Positions 63,121 to 64,000 of a DNA stretch of 64,000 nt are shown in pieces. How positions within the stretch are numbered: position 1 is the stretch's first letter; every line of letters begins with the position of its first letter. Source of the DNA: Octopus vulgaris. Taxonomy: Eukaryota. The position numbers and the translations under genes were made by a program. Below the pieces are notes generated by a model. It worked only from the letters and a program-made list of their open reading frames with translations, searched no databases and was not told the origin of the DNA. Where the stretch lies: the NCBI GenBank assembly GCA_951406725.2, contig OX597828.1, positions 54,560,001 to 54,624,000 on the forward strand, read 5' to 3'.

Positions 63121-63423
63121 GTGGAGGCACATGGCCAAGTGGTTAGAGCAGCGAACTCGTGGTCAAGGGATTGTGGGTTCAAATCTAAGACCGGGCGACG
63201 TGTGTGTTTATGAGTGAAACACCTAAGCTCCACGCGGCTCCGGCAGAAGGTAATGGTGAACTTCTACTGACTCTTTTGCCACAACTTTCTCTCACTCTTT
63301 CCTCCTGCATCTTGCAGCTCACCTGCGACAGACCGGCTTCCCATCCAGGTGGGGAAACCTATACACCAAGGAAACCGGCAAACCGGCCTTAATGAGCCAG
63401 GTGTGGCTCGAGAAGGAACAAAC
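63121..63423 (+). mobile_element. SINE C head type 1 with an alternative tail, 12-bp TSD
   Basis: Head as at 1044; tail GACCGGCTTCCCATCCAGG...GAAACCGG..ATGAGCC; TSD ATCTCTATTACA / ATCTCCATTACA. Confidence 0.85.
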
Positions 63424-63930
63424 ATCTCCATTACAACATTGCTTTGTGTATCCTTTCCTTCTTTAAAATTACCAGATGAGATTTAAAGGAGACTTAGCTG
63501 CTATTTCTAACCGATGAATGACCACGAAATAAGTTTCTTAGTTGTTTCTTAGTGGCCCCTGCAAGCCAATAATCAAAAGTGTTCCAGCTGTGGCCATCCT
63601 GTCTATTGCATATTACAGGAAAAACAGAACCTCATTATCCAATGTATGTGTTTTTACTCTTAAACTGTAAAGGGTGATTTGAGGGAAAATCGGCAGCTTC
63701 TTTTGGCAAGTTGAATGACCATGTGGATATTCTTTATTTGACTTTAGAGATTGTTGGCCTCAGTAATAATTAATTGTTGGGACACTGTATTTCATTATGC
63801 AACCATAATATACTACAAAGTGTATTAAATAAATGTTTTATAAGTCAATACTATGTCCTACTGTGTTAGCAGTGCTGTTAAATCACATGTTAAGGTTATC
63901 TCTACAGACTTTCAATTAGAAAGAACAGAT

Positions 63931-64000
63931 GTAGGCATAGGAGTGGCTGTGTGGTAAGTAGCTTGCTTACCAACCACATGGTTCTGGGTTCAGTCCCACT
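63931..64000 (+). mobile_element. SINE A head, cut by the window end
   Basis: GGAGTGGCTGTGTGGTAAGTAGCTTGCTTACCAACCACATGGTTCTGGGTTCAGTCCCACT. Confidence 0.9.

Overview
AT-rich, microsatellite-saturated eukaryotic non-coding DNA. The SINE repertoire and the (TA)n/(CA)n/(ATT)n/(CAT)n density strongly suggest an octopod cephalopod (Octopus-like) genome; this is recognition, not a database result. No intact protein-coding gene is identifiable, and nearly all listed ORFs are artefacts of microsatellites or SINEs. The window is a mosaic of several tRNA-headed SINE families (labelled A, B, C here) that swap head, core and tail modules; decayed RTE and CR1-type LINE fragments; MITEs (hAT-Charlie, piggyBac, Tc2/mariner, and a GG-ended telomere-repeat MITE); Helitron-like ends; and short Penelope-like relics. 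The most interesting signals are: (i) a dispersed ~200-bp non-coding element carrying a minimal hammerhead-ribozyme core next to (TA)n tracts; (ii) a switch near 26.6-27.3 kb from CpG-retaining to CpG-decayed repeats, suggesting a fossil methylation boundary; (iii) several long fold-back palindromes; (iv) a twin-priming-like SINE inversion; (v) a possible decayed tyrosine-recombinase fragment. Candidate + strand exons (a 5' exon ending at 5729, 35859-35961, 38284-38436) suggest the window may be the 5' end and long introns of a gene. Coordinates were read by eye and may be off by a few bases.
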